64,000 nucleotides of DNA from an uncultured Thermoleophilaceae bacterium (GTDB lineage Bacteria > Actinomycetota > Thermoleophilia > Solirubrobacterales > Thermoleophilaceae), in the NCBI GenBank assembly GCA_964629855.1, contig CAZVRI010000003.1, forward strand, positions 24,039-88,038, in the 5' to 3' direction. Below the pieces are notes generated by a model, which made no database searches, was not told the origin of the DNA, and saw nothing but the letters and a program-made list of their open reading frames with translations. Shown one piece after another: positions 46,759 through 56,805 of this stretch. Positions within the stretch are counted from its first letter, which is position 1; each line of letters starts with the position of its first letter. Made by a program: the position numbers and the translations under genes.

Positions 46759-47676
46759 ATGAGCGGAATCAGGACAAATGCAGCGGCGGAGCTCCTAGGA
46801 GTGAGCCCGAACACGCTGCGCAGCTGGGAGCGCCGCTTCGGCTACCCCCAGCCACGCCGCACCGCCGGCGGTCACCGTCAGTACGACCTGACCGAGCTGG
46901 AGTCGCTGCGCCGCGCGCTGATGGAGACCCACAACATCTCCTCGGCGATCGAGGTCGCGCGTCAGCGTGGCGAGGGCCCGTCGTCGCCGAGCCGTCTGCT
47001 CGACGCCTTCGACCACTTCGACGAGCAGGCCGCCGACCGCGTGATGGAGGAGAGCCTCGCCGTGCGCTCCGTCGATCGCTCAGTCGAGGAGGTCCTGCTG
47101 CCGGCGATCGAGCTCGCCGAGGGCCGTGACGGCCGCGAGGCCGAGCAGGAGCTCGCGTGCCGCTGGGCCACCGGCTGGATCCATGCCGCCCGGCGCGTCG
47201 TGCCATCCCCGACCCGTCCTCAGGGAGTCATCCTCTTCGACGCCAGCAACGGCCTCGACCTTGAGTCGCTGCACGTCCAGGCGCTCGAGCTGGCGATCCG
47301 CCGCGCGGGCTTCCGTTCGATCCTGCTGAGCTTCGACCTTCCACCCGAGCGCGTTGCCCGCGCGATGCGCGCCGTCGAGCCGACCGCGTTCGTCTTCTGC
47401 GGTGGCGAGGCGACGCTCGAGGTGCTCGGCCGGCTCGTCTACACCGTCCGCCAGGTCGGCTCCGCCGCACCGGTCTTCGAGTACCGCGAGGCGATGCCGG
47501 TCACCGGCGACCACTCGATCCCCTCACTCGGCTCGACGCCGACGGAGGCCGCCGACAACCTCAAGCAGTACGTCGACACCGGCAAGATCGAGCACACCAA
47601 GGTCGTCGCCGAGGACGCCGAGGCGGAGGCCGACGAGGCTCCCAAGGCGCCTGTTCGCCTCGCCGCGCAGCGCTGA
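46759..47676 (+). CDS. MerR-family regulator with C-terminal Rossmann-like (B12-binding-like) domain
   Basis: ATG at 46759 preceded by GAAAGGAAA. The HTH is IRTNAAAELLGVSPNTLRSWERRFGYPQPRRTAGGHRQYD. The C-terminal half (GVILFDASNGLDLESLHVQALELAIRRAGFRSILL) resembles CarH/LitR-type B12 domains but lacks the DxHxxG His. Confidence 0.8.
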   Translation: MSGIRTNAAAELLGVSPNTLRSWERRFGYPQPRRTAGGHRQYDLTELESLRRALMETHNISSAIEVARQRGEGPSSPSRLLDAFDHFDEQAADRVMEESLAVRSVDRSVEEVLLPAIELAEGRDGREAEQELACRWATGWIHAARRVVPSPTRPQGVILFDASNGLDLESLHVQALELAIRRAGFRSILLSFDLPPERVARAMRAVEPTAFVFCGGEATLEVLGRLVYTVRQVGSAAPVFEYREAMPVTGDHSIPSLGSTPTEAADNLKQYVDTGKIEHTKVVAEDAEAEADEAPKAPVRLAAQR

Positions 47677-47730
47677 CGGTTCTCCGCAGTTTGCGGGAAT
47701 CGTCCGCCGCTGCGCCTAGCATCGCGGCAG

Positions 47731-48162
47731 ATGAGCTTGGAGGTCGTCGACCCACTTGCGCACCGGGCGCTGCAGGCGTTGATGCGCGCGGAGACCTCGG
47801 TCCGGCGAGTTCTGGCCGCCGACCTCGAGCGTGAGGGTGTCTCGGCGCCGGGCTTCTCGGCGCTCGTCGTGCTGACGACCGCCGGGGGATCGCTCGAGCT
47901 GCGCACCATGCGCCGTCGTCTCGGCTGGTCGAAGGCCAACGCCACCGAGGTCACCGCGACGCTCGAGTCACGCGGCCTGGTGCTCCGCCACCGACTCGAG
48001 CGCGACCGCCGCGCCGTCGCTCTCGATCTGACCCCTGCCGGCCGCTCGGTCGTCGAGCGGCTGTTCCCGGCTCACGCCGACCGCGTCACGAACGCCTTCT
48101 CGCGACTCGACGACGACGAGAAGCGCAACCTCGCCGATATCTGCCGCAAGCTCGCGGCCTAG
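47731..48162 (+). CDS. MarR-family regulator
   Basis: 143 aa with the typical winged-helix pattern (...GFSALVVLTTAGGSLELRTMRRRLGWSKANATEVTATLESRGLVLRHRLERDRRAV...). Confidence 0.85.
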   Translation: MSLEVVDPLAHRALQALMRAETSVRRVLAADLEREGVSAPGFSALVVLTTAGGSLELRTMRRRLGWSKANATEVTATLESRGLVLRHRLERDRRAVALDLTPAGRSVVERLFPAHADRVTNAFSRLDDDEKRNLADICRKLAA

Positions 48163-48163
48163 C

Positions 48164-48913
48164 TCAACGGGTTAGCGCTGGCTTGCAGGGGGTTGAGCCG
48201 CGGTAGGTGTAATCGCTGCCGTTGCTGAAACGGCCGCGGATCTCGTACGGCCAGCGGCGGTTCTTCGGGCAGGAGATCGACTCGATCAGGTTGCCGCGAC
48301 CGATCTTGAGGTCGATCGAGCGCGCGGCGATCGGAATGCCCGCGATGATCTGCAGTACCTCCGGCATCGCGAACGACGCCTTGTACTTCCACTTGCCGGA
48401 GGGGATCTTCTGGATCCGCACCGGGACGGGCTCGCGGACGAGCGCCGGGTTGTAGACCGTTATGTAGGCGAAGGCGAGCTTGTTGCCAGCGTTGAAGAGC
48501 TCGATCCGCCCCTTCGTGACGACGTTGTCGGCATAGCCGACCGCCGTGCCGGAGCCGATTCGCGAGCGCTTCGGGCAACGGTCGGTCCCGTAGCGGTCGA
48601 GCGTGCGCTTGTAGCAGCGCGGGAAGTCGTCGCCGTTGTAGTTGCCGGCTCGCGGAAAGAGTGCATATCCACTCTGGAAGATCGGCCGCTCGTAACCCGG
48701 CTCCGTGAAGGCGTCGGCCCGGACCCGAACCACCGCACCCTGCGGCTTCTTCGGCGTACCGGCGCGGTTCGGCGTCACCTTCACGGACGCCGTGAACTTA
48801 GTCACGTTCGGCGGCGTATCAGTGATGTTTTCCTGCGCTAGCGCGAAGCCGGGCCCGACACCGAGAGCAACCCCTGCGAGCAGTGCGGATCCAGCAACCA
48901 AAAACTTTGGCAT
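48164..48913 (-). CDS. secreted protein, single-module homolog of the 1148-aa repeat protein
   Basis: Signal MPKFLVAGSALLAGVALGVGPGFALA. It contains FPRC-x11-RCPKRSRIGSGTAVGYADNVVTKGRIELFN and ends ...STPC, like the modules of 13982..17428. Confidence 0.7.
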   Translation of the reverse strand: MPKFLVAGSALLAGVALGVGPGFALAQENITDTPPNVTKFTASVKVTPNRAGTPKKPQGAVVRVRADAFTEPGYERPIFQSGYALFPRAGNYNGDDFPRCYKRTLDRYGTDRCPKRSRIGSGTAVGYADNVVTKGRIELFNAGNKLAFAYITVYNPALVREPVPVRIQKIPSGKWKYKASFAMPEVLQIIAGIPIAARSIDLKIGRGNLIESISCPKNRRWPYEIRGRFSNGSDYTYRGSTPCKPALTR

Positions 48914-48998
48914 CTCTACCTCCCGGCGCCGACTATATACACGGCTTGGGCCGACTGTCCAGGTAGACCCGGCCGGCGGCCGTAGAATCCCCGGGCCG

Positions 48999-51900
48999 AT
49001 GTCCCGCTACACGCCAGTTGACTCACGCCAGTCCTTTCCCGCCCTGGAGGAGGGGATCCTCGAGCGCTGGCGGGAGCGCGACGTCTTCCACGAGTCGGTC
49101 CGTCGTCGTGAGGGCGCTGAGCCGTTCGTTTTCTACGAGGGTCCGCCGACCGCGAACGGCCGTCCGGGCTCCCACCACGTGCTGTCGCGGGTGTTCAAAG
49201 ATGTTTTCCCGCGCTACCAGACGATGCGTGGCCGCCAGGTCCACCGCAAGGGCGGCTGGGACTGTCACGGCCTGCCGGTCGAGCTGGAGATCGAGAAGGA
49301 GCTCGGTCTCGCGCACAAGCGCGACATCGAGGACTACGGGATCGACAAGTTCAACGCGAAGTGCCGCGAGTCGGTGCTGCGCTACATCGACGAGTGGAAC
49401 CGCCTGACCGAGCGGATCGGCTTCTGGATCGACACCGACGACGCCTATTTCACGCTCGACGACGGCTACGTCGAGTCGGTCTGGTGGACGTTGAAGCAAG
49501 TCTGGGACAAGGGCCTGCTCTACGAGGGCAACAAGGTCGGCCCGTACTGCCCGCGCTGCGGTACCGGCCTCTCCAGCCACGAGGTCGCGCTCGGCTACAA
49601 GGACGTCGTCGACCCGTCGATCTACGTCCGCTTCCCGCTCGTCGACGAGGCGGGCGTTGATACCGGCGAGTCGCTGCTCGTCTGGACCACGACGCCGTGG
49701 ACGCTACCGGGCAACGTTGCGGTCGCCGTCGCCCCGAAGGTGACCTACGTACGCGCCCGGGTCGGCGGCGAGACGCTGATCCTGGCCGAGCCGCTGGTCG
49801 CGAAGGTCCTCGGCGACGACGCCGAGATCGTCGAGAGCTTCCCCGCGACCGAACTGATCGACCGCCGTTACCGCGGCCCGGTCTTCGCACTGTCGGACGG
49901 CGGCCCGGCGAACGCCTTCCGGGTGATCGGCGGCGAGTTCGTCACGACCGAGGACGGCACCGGCCTCGTCCACCTCGCCCCGGCCTTCGGCGAGGACGAC
50001 TTCGACGCCGCAGCCGCCGCCGGGATCTTCGATCCCGCCGACCAAGGCGGCCCCGCGCTCTACAACCCGGTCAAGCGCGACGGGACCTTCGACGACCGTG
50101 TCAACGGCTTCGCGGGCAGCTTCGTCAAGGACCCCGAGATCACCGCGGCGCTGATCGCCGACCTCGACGGCCGCGGCCTGCTCTTCAAGGCGCAGGACTA
50201 CGAGCACTCCTACCCGCACTGCTGGCGCTGCGACACGCCGCTGCTCTACTACGCGAAGTCGAGCTGGTACGTCCGCACGACGGCCGTCAAGGACGAGCTG
50301 CTGGCCGCCAACGAGGCCGTCACCTGGTACCCGGAGCACATCAAGCACGGTCGCTTCGGCAACTGGCTCGAGAACAACGTCGACTGGGCGCTGTCGCGCG
50401 AGCGCTACTGGGGCACGCCGCTGCCGATCTGGCGCTCCGAGGACGGCGAGGAGACGATCTGCGTCGGCTCGCGCGCCGAGCTGGCAGAGCTGACCGGCGG
50501 CGAGCTGCCCGACGACCTCCACCGCCCCTACGTCGACGACGTCGTCTTTGAGCGCGACGGCAAGACCTTCCGGCGCGTGCCGGACCTGATCGACGTCTGG
50601 TGGGACTCGGGCGCGATGCCGTTCGCCCAGTGGCACTACCCGTTCGAGAACGAGGACAAGTTCGACGCCTCGTTCCCCGCCGACTACATCTGCGAGGCGC
50701 TCGACCAGACGCGCGGCTGGTTCTACTCGCTGCTCGCGATCTCGACGATGCTGCGCGGCCGCGCCTCCTACGAGACGGTGCTCTGCCTCGGCCTGATCCT
50801 CGACGAGAACGGCCAGAAGATGTCGAAGTCGAAGGGCAACGTCGTGGTGCCATGGGAGGTGCTCGACCAGCACGGGGCGGATGCCTTCCGCTGGTACTAC
50901 TTCACCTCGAAGCAGCCGTGGGACGGCTACCGCTTCTCGCTCGACACGGTCGGCGAGTCGGTGCGCCAGTTCATGAAGCCGCTGTGGAACACCTACGCGC
51001 TGTTCGTGCTCTACGCGAACGTCAACGACGTCGAGCCGGTCGCCCTCGCCGACGTCGCGGACGACCTGACCGACCTCGACCGCTGGGTCCTCTCACGCCT
51101 CCAGGCGACGACGGCCACCGCGATCGAGCGTCTCGACGACTACGACACGACGACCGCCGGCCGCGCGATCGCCGCTTTCGTCGACGAGCTGTCGAACTGG
51201 TACGTCCGCCGCTCGCGCCGCCGCTTCTGGGACGGCGATCCCGCCGCCTTCGCGACGTTGCGCGAGTGCCTGGTCACCACCGCGAAGCTGCTCGCGCCGC
51301 TGACCCCGTTCGTTGCCGACGCGATCTACGAGAACCTCGACGGCTCGGAGCCGTCGGTCCACCTCTGCGACTTCCCCGAGGCCGACGCCGCGCTGCGCGA
51401 TGAGCGGCTCGAGGAGCAGATGCAGGTCGTCCGCGACGCCGTCGAGCTCGGCCGCGCCGCCCGCGCCGCCGCGAAGGCGAAGGTCCGCCAGCCGCTGTCG
51501 GAGGCCGTCGTGGTCGCCGCCGACCGCGAGCGTGAGGCGATCGGACGCTTCGAGGCGCTCGTGCTCGACGAGTTGAACGTGAAGCAGGTCCGCTACGTCT
51601 CGCAGGCCGACGAGCTCGGCCGTTTCGAGCTGAAGCCGAACTACCGCACGCTCGGTCCGCGCTTCGGCAAGGACATGCCGAAGGTCGCCGCCGCCGTTGC
51701 CGGCCTCGACGCCGACCGTGCCGCCGCGACGCTGCGGGACGGCGGCGAGGTCCACGTCGCGATCGACGGCCGCGACCATCCGCTCGGCGCCGACGACGTC
51801 TCGCTCGCCCTCCAGCCGCTCGACGGCTACGAGGTCGAGCGCGCCGGCACCCACGCCGTCGCGCTCAACTTGGAGCTGAACGACGACCTTCGCCGCGAGG

Positions 51901-52145
51901 CGCTCGCGCGCGAGATCGTCCACGCGATCCAGAACGCTCGCAAGGACTCCGGCCTCGAGGTCCAGGACCGCATCTCACTCACCCTCGGCGGCGACGACGC
52001 GTTGCTCGACGCCGTCCGCGCCCACGAGGCCTACGTCACCGGCGAGACCCTCGCCACCTCGCTCGACCTCAGCGGCGACACCAACGGCGGCGCGACTGCC
52101 GAGCTCGAGGGCCGCACCCTCTCGATCGGCGTCGCGCGGGTCTGA
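48999..52145 (+). CDS. ileS: isoleucyl-tRNA synthetase (type 2)
   Basis: ATG at 48999. The sequence has PTANGRPGSHHVLSRV (HIGH region), KMSKSKGN, and the typical IleS editing and anticodon-binding regions. The upstream part of ORF 48705.. overlaps the divergent gene. Confidence 0.95.
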   Translation: MSRYTPVDSRQSFPALEEGILERWRERDVFHESVRRREGAEPFVFYEGPPTANGRPGSHHVLSRVFKDVFPRYQTMRGRQVHRKGGWDCHGLPVELEIEKELGLAHKRDIEDYGIDKFNAKCRESVLRYIDEWNRLTERIGFWIDTDDAYFTLDDGYVESVWWTLKQVWDKGLLYEGNKVGPYCPRCGTGLSSHEVALGYKDVVDPSIYVRFPLVDEAGVDTGESLLVWTTTPWTLPGNVAVAVAPKVTYVRARVGGETLILAEPLVAKVLGDDAEIVESFPATELIDRRYRGPVFALSDGGPANAFRVIGGEFVTTEDGTGLVHLAPAFGEDDFDAAAAAGIFDPADQGGPALYNPVKRDGTFDDRVNGFAGSFVKDPEITAALIADLDGRGLLFKAQDYEHSYPHCWRCDTPLLYYAKSSWYVRTTAVKDELLAANEAVTWYPEHIKHGRFGNWLENNVDWALSRERYWGTPLPIWRSEDGEETICVGSRAELAELTGGELPDDLHRPYVDDVVFERDGKTFRRVPDLIDVWWDSGAMPFAQWHYPFENEDKFDASFPADYICEALDQTRGWFYSLLAISTMLRGRASYETVLCLGLILDENGQKMSKSKGNVVVPWEVLDQHGADAFRWYYFTSKQPWDGYRFSLDTVGESVRQFMKPLWNTYALFVLYANVNDVEPVALADVADDLTDLDRWVLSRLQATTATAIERLDDYDTTTAGRAIAAFVDELSNWYVRRSRRRFWDGDPAAFATLRECLVTTAKLLAPLTPFVADAIYENLDGSEPSVHLCDFPEADAALRDERLEEQMQVVRDAVELGRAARAAAKAKVRQPLSEAVVVAADREREAIGRFEALVLDELNVKQVRYVSQADELGRFELKPNYRTLGPRFGKDMPKVAAAVAGLDADRAAATLRDGGEVHVAIDGRDHPLGADDVSLALQPLDGYEVERAGTHAVALNLELNDDLRREALAREIVHAIQNARKDSGLEVQDRISLTLGGDDALLDAVRAHEAYVTGETLATSLDLSGDTNGGATAELEGRTLSIGVARV

Positions 52146-52167
52146 GACCCACCCGCCGAGACGTCAA

Positions 52168-52833
52168 CTACTGCCCCCCGCTCACGCCCCCCGGAGACCC
52201 GGCCAGCTTCCACTTGCCGTCCTCCTTGACCAGCGGGACCGATGCGATCGGGCCCTTACCCCCAAAACGGATCGATGCCGTTGCTCGGTCGCCCTTCACG
52301 TTGACGCCGACAACCTCCGCACTCAGGGTTCGCTTGAGTCCGCCCGCCTGGCGTGCGCGGCGCAGCAGCAGTCCGATCGCTTTCTCACAAGTCCACTCCA
52401 CGTCACCGAACCCAGCGGAGGTCTCTGTGTAGGAGATGGTCTGTCGCTTCGCCTCCGACGACATCAGATTGCAGACCTTGGTCAAGCTCTCGTTGTCGTC
52501 AGCGTTCTCAAGCGTGGTACGCGCCGCGATGTCGGTAGACGCGATCCCGGCCTCTACTGCGGCGCCGAAGCTCTGGTAGACCTCGTCAATGGACTCTGCC
52601 CCAGCGCGCGCTTGTGGCAGGTCGCCGCTGAACTCCGGCGTGCTAGTGCGCCGGTTGTCGCCACTCCCGCTCCCGTCGCCGCTCGGAGTGCTCTGCGCCT
52701 GGGTGGCGGTGTCGCCGGAATTCGCCGGATTGTCATCGCCGCCACCGCAGGCTGTGATGCTCGCGCCAGCCAACGCAATGGCGCCGATCGCGAGCGGTGC
52801 GACGAGTATGTGACGTGGGAACACGGGACGCAT
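52168..52833 (-). CDS. lipoprotein, NTF2-like paralog 4
   Basis: Lipobox GASITAC-GGGDD. The C-terminus is VVGVNVKGDRATASIRFGGKGPIASVPLVKEDGKWKLAG. Confidence 0.75.
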   Translation of the reverse strand: MRPVFPRHILVAPLAIGAIALAGASITACGGGDDNPANSGDTATQAQSTPSGDGSGSGDNRRTSTPEFSGDLPQARAGAESIDEVYQSFGAAVEAGIASTDIAARTTLENADDNESLTKVCNLMSSEAKRQTISYTETSAGFGDVEWTCEKAIGLLLRRARQAGGLKRTLSAEVVGVNVKGDRATASIRFGGKGPIASVPLVKEDGKWKLAGSPGGVSGGQ

Positions 52834-52885
52834 GAGTAATCGCGTGTCCGTGACCCTAACGCCTACCGGGGTAGGCGCGCGCCGC

Positions 52886-53098
52886 TCAGTCGGGCGGGCC
52901 CAGCGCCGGCTCGCCGCCGGCGCCCTGGACCTCGCCGCCCATCGCCCAGTCGGACTGCTTGGAGTCCTTGAAGCGGATCCAGACGTGGTCGGGCTGGGTC
53001 TTGCCCACGTCGACCAGCAGCTCGGTGAGCTTCTCCGCGATCTCGCGCTTCTGCTCGGCCGAACGGCCCTCGTACCACTCGATCGTGACGATCGGCAT
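52886..53098 (-). CDS. 4-oxalocrotonate tautomerase family protein
   Basis: MPIVTIEWYEGRSAEQKREIAEKLTELL has Pro-1 after the Met and the typical 4-OT pattern. Confidence 0.85.
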   Translation of the reverse strand: MPIVTIEWYEGRSAEQKREIAEKLTELLVDVGKTQPDHVWIRFKDSKQSDWAMGGEVQGAGGEPALGPPD

Positions 53099-53109
53099 AG
53101 CTGCCTCGC

Positions 53110-53436
53110 CTAGGCCGTGAGGGCCGGCTCGAGCTCCTGCACCAGCCGGCTCTTCGGCAGCGCTCCGACGATCTGGTGAGCGACCGCGCCGTTCTTGAAC
53201 AGCAGCAGCGTCGGGATCGACATCACGTTGAAGCTGGCCGCGGTCTGCGGGTTCTCGTCGACGTTGAGCTTCACGATCCTAAGATCGTCACGCTCGCCGG
53301 CGAGCTCCTCGAGATGCGGCGCCACGACGCGGCACGGACCGCACCACGGGGCCCAGAAGTCGACGAGGACCGGCTTGTCGGCCTCGACTACCTCGGCCTG
53401 GAAGTTGTTGTCGGTCACTGCGTCGAGACCAGCCAT
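53110..53436 (-). CDS. trxA: thioredoxin
   Basis: 108 aa with the active site [24 protein letters not shown] -10-like hexamer lies upstream at 53480..53485 on the minus strand. Confidence 0.95.
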   Translation of the reverse strand: MAGLDAVTDNNFQAEVVEADKPVLVDFWAPWCGPCRVVAPHLEELAGERDDLRIVKLNVDENPQTAASFNVMSIPTLLLFKNGAVAHQIVGALPKSRLVQELEPALTA

Positions 53437-53493
53437 CTAGGCTCCTTCAGCGCGTCGGGATCAGTTCAATGCTTCAAAAAGTATAGCGACCCT

Positions 53494-54213
53494 CTACCGC
53501 ACCCGAAAGCGCAGCAGCGGGACCTTCCAGAATGCCTCTACGGCGATCTTCGCAGACATCTTGGACGTGCCCGCGGTGCGATCGCGGAAGACGATCGGGA
53601 CCTCCTCGATGCGGAAGCCGCTCTTGATGGCGCGGTAAGTCATCTCGATCTGGAAGCCGTAGCCATCGGCAGCGACGGCCTCGAGGTTGAGCTTCTCGAG
53701 CACCGAGCGGCGGAAGCACTTGAAGCCACCGGTCAGATCGTTGACCGGGATGCCGAGGATCAGCTTCGCGTAGAGCGACCCCCCGCGGCTGACCACCCTG
53801 CGGATTAGGCCCCAGTCGGTCACGCCGCCGCCGTCCACGTAGCGCGACCCGAGCACGAGGTCGGCGCGCGCCGCTGCCGCCACCAGGCGCGGAATGTCGG
53901 CGGGGTCGTGGGAGAAGTCGGAGTCCATCTCCATCAGCAGGTCGGCGCCGCCCTCGAGCGCGCGGCGGAAGCCGGCGAGGTAGGCGGGCCCGATGCCATC
54001 CTTGCTCGTGCGGTGCAGCACCTCGACCGCATCCGGGTTCTCCGCCGCCAGCCGGTCCGCGATCTGCCCGGTGCCGTCAGGCGACCCGTCGTCGACGACG
54101 AGGATGCGATGCTCGAGACCGGTCGCGGCCAGCTGCGGCAGCGCGGCGGCCACGATCCGCTCGATGTTCTCCGCCTCGTTGTAGGTCGGCAGGATCAGCC
54201 AGACGCCGGACAT
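53494..54213 (-). CDS. polyprenol-monophosphomannose synthase (GT2)
   Basis: LILPTYNEAENI...VVDDGSPDGT...MDSDFSHDP... is the Ppm1/DPM1-type GT2 pattern. Confidence 0.85.
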   Translation of the reverse strand: MSGVWLILPTYNEAENIERIVAAALPQLAATGLEHRILVVDDGSPDGTGQIADRLAAENPDAVEVLHRTSKDGIGPAYLAGFRRALEGGADLLMEMDSDFSHDPADIPRLVAAAARADLVLGSRYVDGGGVTDWGLIRRVVSRGGSLYAKLILGIPVNDLTGGFKCFRRSVLEKLNLEAVAADGYGFQIEMTYRAIKSGFRIEEVPIVFRDRTAGTSKMSAKIAVEAFWKVPLLRFRVR

Positions 54214-54257
54214 TCGGCGGACACCCTATGCGAGCGCTGCGCGGTAGGTTGCCGACC

Positions 54258-55034
54258 ATGTCAAATGAGCTGTTCTCGGTGGAGGGTAAGACGGCGGTCG
54301 TGACCGGAGGGTCGCGCGGCGTGGGATTGATGATCGCCCGCGGGCTGGTCGAGGCTGGCGTGGAGGTGGTGATCTCCTCGCGCAAGCTGGAGCAGCTCGA
54401 AGCGACGGCGGCCGAGCTGGCGGAGATCGGCAAGTGCACCGCGGTCCAGGCCGACCTGTCGACCCAGGAGGGTGCGGTCGCGCTGGCGGCGGCGGTGCGC
54501 GAGCGGTTCGACCGGCTCGACATCCTGGTCAACAACGCGGGTGCGAGCTGGGGCGAGCCGATCGACAGCTACCCCGACAAGGCGTGGGACCGCGTGCTCG
54601 ACACCAACGTGCGCGGCGTGTTCCAGCTGACGGTCGCGGCGCTCGACCTGCTGCGCGCCGCGGGCTCCGCCGAGGACCCGGCGCGGGTGATCAACATCGG
54701 CTCGGTCGACGGGCTCAACCCGCCGATGATGGAGTCCTACGCCTACAGCGCGAGCAAGGCGGCCGTCCACCAGCTGACCCGCCACCTCGCCAAGCGGCTC
54801 GCCTCCGAGCACATCACCGTCAACGCGATCGCTCCCGGCCCGTTCGAGAGCAAGATGACCGCCTTCATGCTCGATAGCCCCGATGCGCGCGCGGTCGTCG
54901 AGCAGCAGATCCCGCTCGGCCGGATCGGTTCGCCCGACGACATCGCCGGCACGACGATCTTCCTCTCCTCGCGCGCGGGCGCCTACCTGACCGGGACGGT
55001 GATCCCGGTCGACGGTGGGTTCAGCGGCGCCTAG
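54258..55034 (+). CDS. SDR-family oxidoreductase
   Basis: ATG at 54258. Cofactor motif TGGSRGVG, then NNAG, and catalytic YSASKAAV. Confidence 0.9.
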   Translation: MSNELFSVEGKTAVVTGGSRGVGLMIARGLVEAGVEVVISSRKLEQLEATAAELAEIGKCTAVQADLSTQEGAVALAAAVRERFDRLDILVNNAGASWGEPIDSYPDKAWDRVLDTNVRGVFQLTVAALDLLRAAGSAEDPARVINIGSVDGLNPPMMESYAYSASKAAVHQLTRHLAKRLASEHITVNAIAPGPFESKMTAFMLDSPDARAVVEQQIPLGRIGSPDDIAGTTIFLSSRAGAYLTGTVIPVDGGFSGA

Positions 55035-55050
55035 CGGGTAGAAGAGGGCG

Positions 55051-56805
55051 ATGAAGAACGCCGACATCGCCGCGGCCTTCGACGAGCTCGGCACGCTCTA
55101 CGAGCTCGACGGCGCGGTCGTCTACCGCGTGCTCGCCTACCGCAACGCCGCCAAGGCGATCCGCGACTCCGGCGTGTCGGTCGCCGAGCTGGCGCGTCAG
55201 GGGCGGGCGGAGGAGCTGCCGGGGATCGGCAAGACGATCGCCGAGAAGATCGTCGCGCTGCTCGACGAGGACGAGATCCCGGCGGCGCGCAAGCTGAAGG
55301 CCAAGATCCCGGCGGGGCTTGTCACGGTCACGCGAATCCCCGGCCTGGGGCCGAAGCGGGCGCGGCAGCTGCACGACCAGCTCGGGGTCGACTCGATCGA
55401 GAGCCTGCGTGCGGCCGCCGAGGCGCAGCAGATCCGGACCGTCGCGGGCTTCGGCGCCAAGGCCGAGGAGAAGATCCTCGCGGCGCTGGCCGCGGGCGCC
55501 GACGGGTCGGTCAAGGAGCGCGTGCTGCTCTCGGTCGCGCGCGAGGTCGGCGGCGAGCTGGTCGACGGGTTGCGCGCGAGCGGGACCGTCGAGCAGGCCG
55601 AGCTTGCCGGCAGCGCGCGCCGCTGGGCCGACACCTGCAAGGACCTCGACATCGTCGTCGCCGTCGCGGCCGACGCGGAGGCGGGCGGGACGCACGCGCC
55701 GGCGGAGGCCGTCGCTGCCGTGGTCGACGCCTTCGCGGCGCTGCCCGGCGTCGACGAGGTCACGAGCCGTGGCGACGCGGGCGCGAAGGCCATTACCCAT
55801 CAGGGCCTGGCTGTCGACCTGCGCGTGGTCGGGCGCGACAGCTTCGGCAGCCTGCTTCAACACTTCACCGGCTCCGGGCGCCACAACGAGGCGCTGCGCA
55901 CCGCCGCGGTCAAGCAGGGCCTGCACGTCAGCGAGTACGGGATCCTCGACGACGCCACCGGCGAGACGGAGCGATTCGCCGACGAGCCCGCCGTCTACAG
56001 GCGGCTGGGCATGGACTACATCGAGCCCGAGCTGCGCGAGGACCGCGGCGAGCTGGCGGCAGCGCGCACGGGCGAGCTGCCAAAGCTGATCGAGGTCGGC
56101 GACATCCGCGGTGACCTGCACTGCCACACGACCGCGTCCGACGGCCATCAGACGGTGCTGGAGATGGCACGGGCCGCCCAGGCGCGCGGCTACGAGTACG
56201 TCGCGATCACCGACCACTCAGCCAGCCACGGCTTCGGCAACCACGTCACCCCCGACGAGCTGCGGCGCCAGATCGAGCGGGTGGCAAAGGCCAACGAGAA
56301 GATCGGCGACGGCTTCACCGTGCTGGCGGGCAGCGAGGTCAACATCCTGCCCGACGGCTCGCTCGACTACGAGGACGAGCTGCTCGCCGAGCTCGACTGG
56401 GTGATCGCCAGCGCGCACACCTCGTTCGGGATGTCCGAGGACGAGATGACAAAGCGGATCGTCACCGCGATCGAGAACCCGCGCGTGCGCGCGATCGGCC
56501 ACCCGACCGGCCGCAAGCTCGGCCAGCGCGAGCCCTACGCGGTCGACATGGACCGCGTCATCGAGGCCGCCGCCCGCACCGGCACCTTCCTCGAGATCAA
56601 CGCCAACCCAAACCGCCGCGACCTATCTGACGTCCACGCCCGAGCGGCCGCGGACGCCGGCGTCAAGCTGCTGATCGACTCCGACGCCCACCGCGCCGAG
56701 AGCTTCGACCTGATCCGTTACGGGGTCGCCACCGCCCGCCGCGCGTGGCTGACGGCGGACGACGTGGCGAACACGCGTAGCTGGAGCGAACTCAGGGAGT
56801 TGTGA
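55051..56805 (+). CDS. family X DNA polymerase with C-terminal PHP domain
   Basis: The N-terminal HhH/Pol-beta-like region has GIGKTIAEKI and IPGLGPKRARQL. The PHP part has GDLHCHTTASDG...TDHS...AHT. Confidence 0.9.
   Translation: MKNADIAAAFDELGTLYELDGAVVYRVLAYRNAAKAIRDSGVSVAELARQGRAEELPGIGKTIAEKIVALLDEDEIPAARKLKAKIPAGLVTVTRIPGLGPKRARQLHDQLGVDSIESLRAAAEAQQIRTVAGFGAKAEEKILAALAAGADGSVKERVLLSVAREVGGELVDGLRASGTVEQAELAGSARRWADTCKDLDIVVAVAADAEAGGTHAPAEAVAAVVDAFAALPGVDEVTSRGDAGAKAITHQGLAVDLRVVGRDSFGSLLQHFTGSGRHNEALRTAAVKQGLHVSEYGILDDATGETERFADEPAVYRRLGMDYIEPELREDRGELAAARTGELPKLIEVGDIRGDLHCHTTASDGHQTVLEMARAAQARGYEYVAITDHSASHGFGNHVTPDELRRQIERVAKANEKIGDGFTVLAGSEVNILPDGSLDYEDELLAELDWVIASAHTSFGMSEDEMTKRIVTAIENPRVRAIGHPTGRKLGQREPYAVDMDRVIEAAARTGTFLEINANPNRRDLSDVHARAAADAGVKLLIDSDAHRAESFDLIRYGVATARRAWLTADDVANTRSWSELREL

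Noticed and set aside
48914-48998. A T-box or other leader riboswitch upstream of ileS.
   Set aside because: Only 85 nt separate the divergent gene from the ileS ATG. There is no T-box sequence (GGGUGGUACCGCG-like) or Stem I features. A TAGAAT hexamer 10 nt before the ATG suggests a very short leader or none.
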